Part shown: piece after piece, positions 24,612 through 29,319 of the stretch | How positions within the stretch are numbered: position 1 is the first letter of the stretch | Layout: each line of letters starts with the position of its first letter | Assembly (NCBI GenBank): GCA_037142615.1 | Contig: JBAXAI010000042.1 | Coordinates: 1 to 29,319, forward strand | Direction: 5' to 3' | DNA: 29,319 nucleotides | DNA from: Spirochaetales bacterium | Lineage (GTDB): Bacteria > Spirochaetota > Spirochaetia > JABEVK01 | The notes under the pieces: model-generated | What the model was told of the DNA's origin: nothing | Databases searched by the model: none | Seen by the model: only the letters and a program-made list of their open reading frames with translations | Translations under genes and position numbers: made by a program

Positions 24612-24663
24612 TTTCGTGAGCGACACATGAAAGTCTGTTGCCTTTTCGTTAGGAAACCATGAG
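24612..24663 (-). promoter_or_regulatory. PHO-box-like repeats upstream of phnG
   Basis: Minus strand CTCATG-GTTTC-CTAACG-AAAAG-GCAACA and TTCATG-TGTCG-CTCACG-AAA; CTAACGAAA and CTCACGAAA also occur upstream of phoX. Confidence 0.72.
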
Positions 24664-24677
24664 GGGTGTCGAGAGGC

Positions 24678-25439
24678 CTAGAACCCGGTGACGAACTTGA
24701 GTCCGGCAAGAACGAGGAGCAACGCCAAGAGCCGCAGAACCGCCTGCGCGTTCCAGCGGGTGGATGCGGCGCTTCCCACCGGCGCGCCCACCAGCACCCC
24801 CGCCACCAGACCGGCCAGCAACATGGGTGCCACCGCCAGCTCGGCTCGCCCCAGATGCAGGGCGAGAGCCAGGAGCGATCCCACGCCCACGATGAATTGC
24901 GTCGTCGCGGTGGCCTGGTCAATCCGGTAACGAAGGACGTACACCAGGAGCGGAAGAAACAGGAAGCCACCCCCAAGCGCAAAGAAGCCCGAAACGAACC
25001 CAATGCCCAGGCTGAGCAGGGTGCCCGTCAGCCACAGCAGGGCCGGAGGCTGCGTTTCGCGGGGCGCCGGCGCCGCTTGGAAGAACAACAAAATCGCCCC
25101 GGCAAAGAGCAGGGCCCCCAAGAGCAGGCGAAACACCGAAGCCTGGACCAAGGCTTGGGTCTGCGTGCCCAGCCACACCGTGGGGAGCGACACCAGGCCA
25201 TACGCCATACCGGTGCGGAGACGGACCCTTGCCTTCGTCAGCGCGAGGACGCTCCCAGAAAACGAGTTGAAGAACACGACGCACAATGATACCAGTGCCA
25301 GCGACTCGACACTCGCCTCGGGAAAGACAAGGAGGAGGATGGGCATCAAAAGAAAGCCCCCACCAATTCCGGTGAGGCTCCCCACAAAGCCCAGGACGAA
25401 GCCCAAGACGAGCCCGATCACGAGCAGTAGGATTGTCAC
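24678..25439 (-). CDS. TSUP (TauE/SafE) family membrane transporter
   Basis: Internal duplication GSLTGIGGGFLLMP / GFFALGGGFLFLP; very hydrophobic; RBS GGAGG. Confidence 0.85.
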   Translation of the reverse strand: MTILLLVIGLVLGFVLGFVGSLTGIGGGFLLMPILLLVFPEASVESLALVSLCVVFFNSFSGSVLALTKARVRLRTGMAYGLVSLPTVWLGTQTQALVQASVFRLLLGALLFAGAILLFFQAAPAPRETQPPALLWLTGTLLSLGIGFVSGFFALGGGFLFLPLLVYVLRYRIDQATATTQFIVGVGSLLALALHLGRAELAVAPMLLAGLVAGVLVGAPVGSAASTRWNAQAVLRLLALLLVLAGLKFVTGF

Positions 25440-25467
25440 GGTCCCTCCGGAGTGTTTCCGTGGAAAG

Positions 25468-26514
<1,047 letters not shown>

Positions 26515-27285
26515 CTAGCGTCCTTTGGTGCGGGTGATGAGTTGCAGCAGGCCGATGAACAGCCAGGTCAGCGCAAAGCTGACCACGGCCAGCGCTGCGG
26601 GCTCGTACGCCAGGTCGCGGCCGACGAGCGCCATGTAGGGGCCAAAGGCTGGCCACGCGAGGAGCACCGCCAACGTCAGTTCACCGAGGACGATGGCGAA
26701 AGTGAGGAAGGCCGCACCGAGCAGCGAAGTGCGCAGGTTCGGGAGAATGACGCGGAAGAGCGTGGTGACCGTGCCGGCGCCCAGGCTTTGCGCGGCCTCG
26801 GTCAGCGACTTCAGGTCGAGCGCGCGCATTCCGGCGTCCAGCGAGCGGAACAGGTACGGAAATGCGATCACGATGTAGCCGGCGACCAGCAGGAGCGGAG
26901 TGGTCACGAGGTCGAAGGGCGGACGGCTGTAGAGCTTGATCAGGCCGAACACCAGCACGATGGGCGGCACCACGAAGGGCAACAGGGCGAACCCTTCGAC
27001 GAGGGCCCGCAGCCGCGGTGCCCGCAGGTGGATCCACAGTACCGTGGGCACCAGCAACACCAGGCCCAAGACCACCGTCGCCAGCGCCATCTCGAACGAG
27101 AAAGCAAAGGTGGCGTAGAACTGCGGATCGGCGAACACGTGCTCGTAGGCCGAGAAGCCCAGCGTATCCTTCTTGCCCCGCAGCGAGAACAGGAACGTGG
27201 CCACCAGCGGCAAAAAGAAGAACACCCCGCCCAGGGCGAGCACCAGCGCGTGCTTCAGCGCTCGCCACCGCGACGTGCCGGTCAC
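26515..27285 (-). CDS. ABC transporter permease (PotC-like)
   Basis: LPFVVPPIV, EAAQSLGA, VILPNLR; GTGA overlap. Confidence 0.9.
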   Translation of the reverse strand: MTGTSRWRALKHALVLALGGVFFFLPLVATFLFSLRGKKDTLGFSAYEHVFADPQFYATFAFSFEMALATVVLGLVLLVPTVLWIHLRAPRLRALVEGFALLPFVVPPIVLVFGLIKLYSRPPFDLVTTPLLLVAGYIVIAFPYLFRSLDAGMRALDLKSLTEAAQSLGAGTVTTLFRVILPNLRTSLLGAAFLTFAIVLGELTLAVLLAWPAFGPYMALVGRDLAYEPAALAVVSFALTWLFIGLLQLITRTKGR

Positions 27286-28124
27286 GTCAGCCACCGCGAC
27301 GTCTGCTTCTGCAGCGCCAGATAGGCGAAAATCGACAGCGTCATGAGGAAGACCATGCCCAGCGCCAGCGCGTAGCCCAGGTTGGGGTCGTGCAGCACGT
27401 CGCCGCGGATCTGCGCGCCGATGAGAATGGGCACCAGGTTGAGCAGGCCGCCCGTCATCGCGTAGGCCGTGGCGTAGGCACCGAAGGCATTGCCGAACAA
27501 CATGATAAAGCTGGCCAGCAGGGCGGGCACCAGCACCGGCAGGCCCACGCGCCGCCAGTAGGTGAGCGAGCCGGCGCCCAGGCTCTCGGCCGCCTCGCGC
27601 CACGAGGGTTTCATCGCCTCAAGAGCCGGTGTGATGAGCAAAACCATGAGGGGAATCTGAAAGTAGAGGTAGGTGAGGCTCAGGCCCCAAAAACTGTACA
27701 GGTTGAACCCGGCGTCGTACAGATCGATGCCGAACACCGTGCTCAGCACCGTGGTGACCAAGCCGACCCTTCCGAGCGTGGCGATGAACGTAAAGGCCAG
27801 GGGAACCCCGGCAAAGTTCGAAGCCACGCCCGAAAAGGTCAGTAGAAACGACTTCAGGCCTTTCGGCAGCCCCCCGAGGGTGACCGCATAGGCCAGCAAG
27901 AAGCCAAAAACAACCCCGCCCGCGGCGCTGAACGCGCTGATCTGGAGCGTCGTCACGTACGACTTCACAATTCCAGGGCGCGCCAGGTGGGCAAAGTTGT
28001 CCAAGGTGAAGCCTCCCCCCTTGTCGAGGAAAGCCCCGATCAGCAGGTTTCCCGCCGGCAGTACCAGGAACGCCAGCGCGAACAGCAGAAACGGGAGCAG
28101 ACCCGACCAGGAGGGAAGCTTCAC
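27282..28124 (-). CDS. ABC transporter permease (PotB-like)
   Basis: SNFAGVPLAF, YFQIPL, EAAESLGA, FGAYATA. Confidence 0.9.
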   Translation of the reverse strand: MKLPSWSGLLPFLLFALAFLVLPAGNLLIGAFLDKGGGFTLDNFAHLARPGIVKSYVTTLQISAFSAAGGVVFGFLLAYAVTLGGLPKGLKSFLLTFSGVASNFAGVPLAFTFIATLGRVGLVTTVLSTVFGIDLYDAGFNLYSFWGLSLTYLYFQIPLMVLLITPALEAMKPSWREAAESLGAGSLTYWRRVGLPVLVPALLASFIMLFGNAFGAYATAYAMTGGLLNLVPILIGAQIRGDVLHDPNLGYALALGMVFLMTLSIFAYLALQKQTSRWLT

Positions 28125-28134
28125 CGACTCTTCC

Positions 28135-29223
28135 TTACTTCTTGACCACGTCGACGCCGACGACGGCGTCCCAGTTCTCCGCGATCATCTTCTTGGCGGC
28201 GTCCTGGTCGGCGATGCTCGGGAACACGGCCTTGGCGTAGCTGGCAGCCGGGGGCAGCAGCTTGGCCACGTCGGCAGGGATCACGTTGCGCTTGGCGAGG
28301 TCGTTGTAGCGCACGGGGTGTCCGTAGCCCTTGAGCCAGATGATCTGGCCTTCGTCGCTGTACAGGAACTCCATCCACAGCTTGGCGGCGTTGGGGTGCG
28401 GGGCGTAGGCGCTGATGGCCTGGATGTACACCCCGGCCACGACGCCGGTCTTGGGCAGGCTGACGCTGATGTCGGTGCTGCCAGCGCTCTTGTCGCGGTT
28501 GGCCAGCGCGTTGTAGTCCCAGCGGATGGTGATGGGAGTCTCGCCCGAAGCGATGGTGCCGGGCACGGCAATCACGGGCACGAAGTTACCGGCCTTGTTG
28601 AGCTTGCTCACGAAGTCGAGGCCGGGCTTGACGTTGGCGAACGAGCCGCCGTTGGCCAGCGCCATGGCGCCGATGGTCATGATGGCCTGGTTGGCCGTGC
28701 GGGGGTCGCCGGCGAGCGCGATCTTGCCCTTGTACTCGGGCTTGAGCAAGTCGGCCCAGTCGGTGGGGATGTTCTTGACCGCGCTCTTGTTTACTTCGAA
28801 GGCCAGCGCGCCGTAGTAGTCACCGTACCAGGCGCCGTCGGCGTCTTTCACCTCGTTGGGGATGGTGCTCCAGGTACTCACCTTGTAGTTCATCAAGAGG
28901 CCATCGGCCTTGGCGCTAGGGCCGAAGCTGAGGCCGACATCGATGACGTCGGGAGCCTGGGGACCCTTGTTGTCCTTGTTGGCCTTGATGGCCTCGATCT
29001 CGTCGCCCGAGCCACCGTCGGGGTTGAGCTCGTTGACGGTCAGGCCGTACTTGGCCTTGAACTTCTCGATCATCTCGCCGTAGTTCACCCAGTCGTGGGG
29101 CAGCGCAATCACGGTCAGCTGGCCTTCTTTCTTGGCTGCGTCGATGAGGGACTTGGTCTGGCCCCACGCCGGGGCGGTCAGCAGCGCGGCAGCGGCGGCC
29201 AGCGCAAGCACGTTCACTTTCAT
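28135..29223 (-). CDS. ABC transporter substrate-binding protein (PotD/AfuA-like)
   Basis: Signal peptide; AAKKEG, PTDWADLLKPEYKGKI, APHPNAAKLWMEFLYSDEGQ; RBS AAAGGAG. Confidence 0.9.
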   Translation of the reverse strand: MKVNVLALAAAAALLTAPAWGQTKSLIDAAKKEGQLTVIALPHDWVNYGEMIEKFKAKYGLTVNELNPDGGSGDEIEAIKANKDNKGPQAPDVIDVGLSFGPSAKADGLLMNYKVSTWSTIPNEVKDADGAWYGDYYGALAFEVNKSAVKNIPTDWADLLKPEYKGKIALAGDPRTANQAIMTIGAMALANGGSFANVKPGLDFVSKLNKAGNFVPVIAVPGTIASGETPITIRWDYNALANRDKSAGSTDISVSLPKTGVVAGVYIQAISAYAPHPNAAKLWMEFLYSDEGQIIWLKGYGHPVRYNDLAKRNVIPADVAKLLPPAASYAKAVFPSIADQDAAKKMIAENWDAVVGVDVVKK

Positions 29224-29310
29224 AGGTTCTCCTTTCGAGGTCGTGCCCAACCTAAGCGCCTGCCGCTAGCCCGATCTTCTCACGACGATAGAAACGGGGT
29301 GCGAGCCGTC

Positions 29311-29319
29311 TGATATAAT
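29311..29319 (+). promoter_or_regulatory. Possible extended -10 for a divergent gene beyond the window
   Basis: TGaTATAAT at the window edge; downstream context missing. Confidence 0.3.

Noticed and set aside
29279-29284. CTCACG upstream of the ABC binding-protein gene as a PHO box
   Set aside because: Single hexamer, opposite orientation, no partner at 11 bp.

Overview
A gene-dense, high-GC bacterial window with no rRNA, tRNA, CRISPR array or mobile element that I can see. The signal-peptide style suggests a free-living spirochaete (inference). Left end (1-4.7 kb): a plant-glycan module of esterase, IclR regulator, secreted GH30 and GH51 arabinofuranosidase. From about 4.8 to 24.7 kb the window looks like a phosphate-starvation island. 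It holds a PhoX phosphatase; a five-gene module (GH79 beta-glucuronidase-like, GT-B glycosyltransferase, MFS transporter, PlcP/LpxH-like metallophosphoesterase, UDP-glucose dehydrogenase); a histone-H1-like Lys/Ala/Pro protein; and a C-P lyase operon (phnGHIJKM-acetyltransferase-phnL-phnDCEE). The operon lacks phnF/N/O/P in this window and ends in an inositol-monophosphatase-family gene and a 2H phosphoesterase. A TSUP transporter and a PotD/AfuA-type ABC transporter lie upstream of it. Arrays of a hexamer (YTMAYS-like) with 11-bp spacing, resembling PHO boxes, occur in six promoter regions. Best candidates for undescribed systems: (1) a Pho-regulated module for making, flipping and recycling a phosphorus-free glucuronosyl lipid or polymer; (2) a 2H + IMPase pair replacing PhnP/PhnN at the end of the C-P lyase pathway. 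All family calls come from motif recognition by eye; no database search was run.
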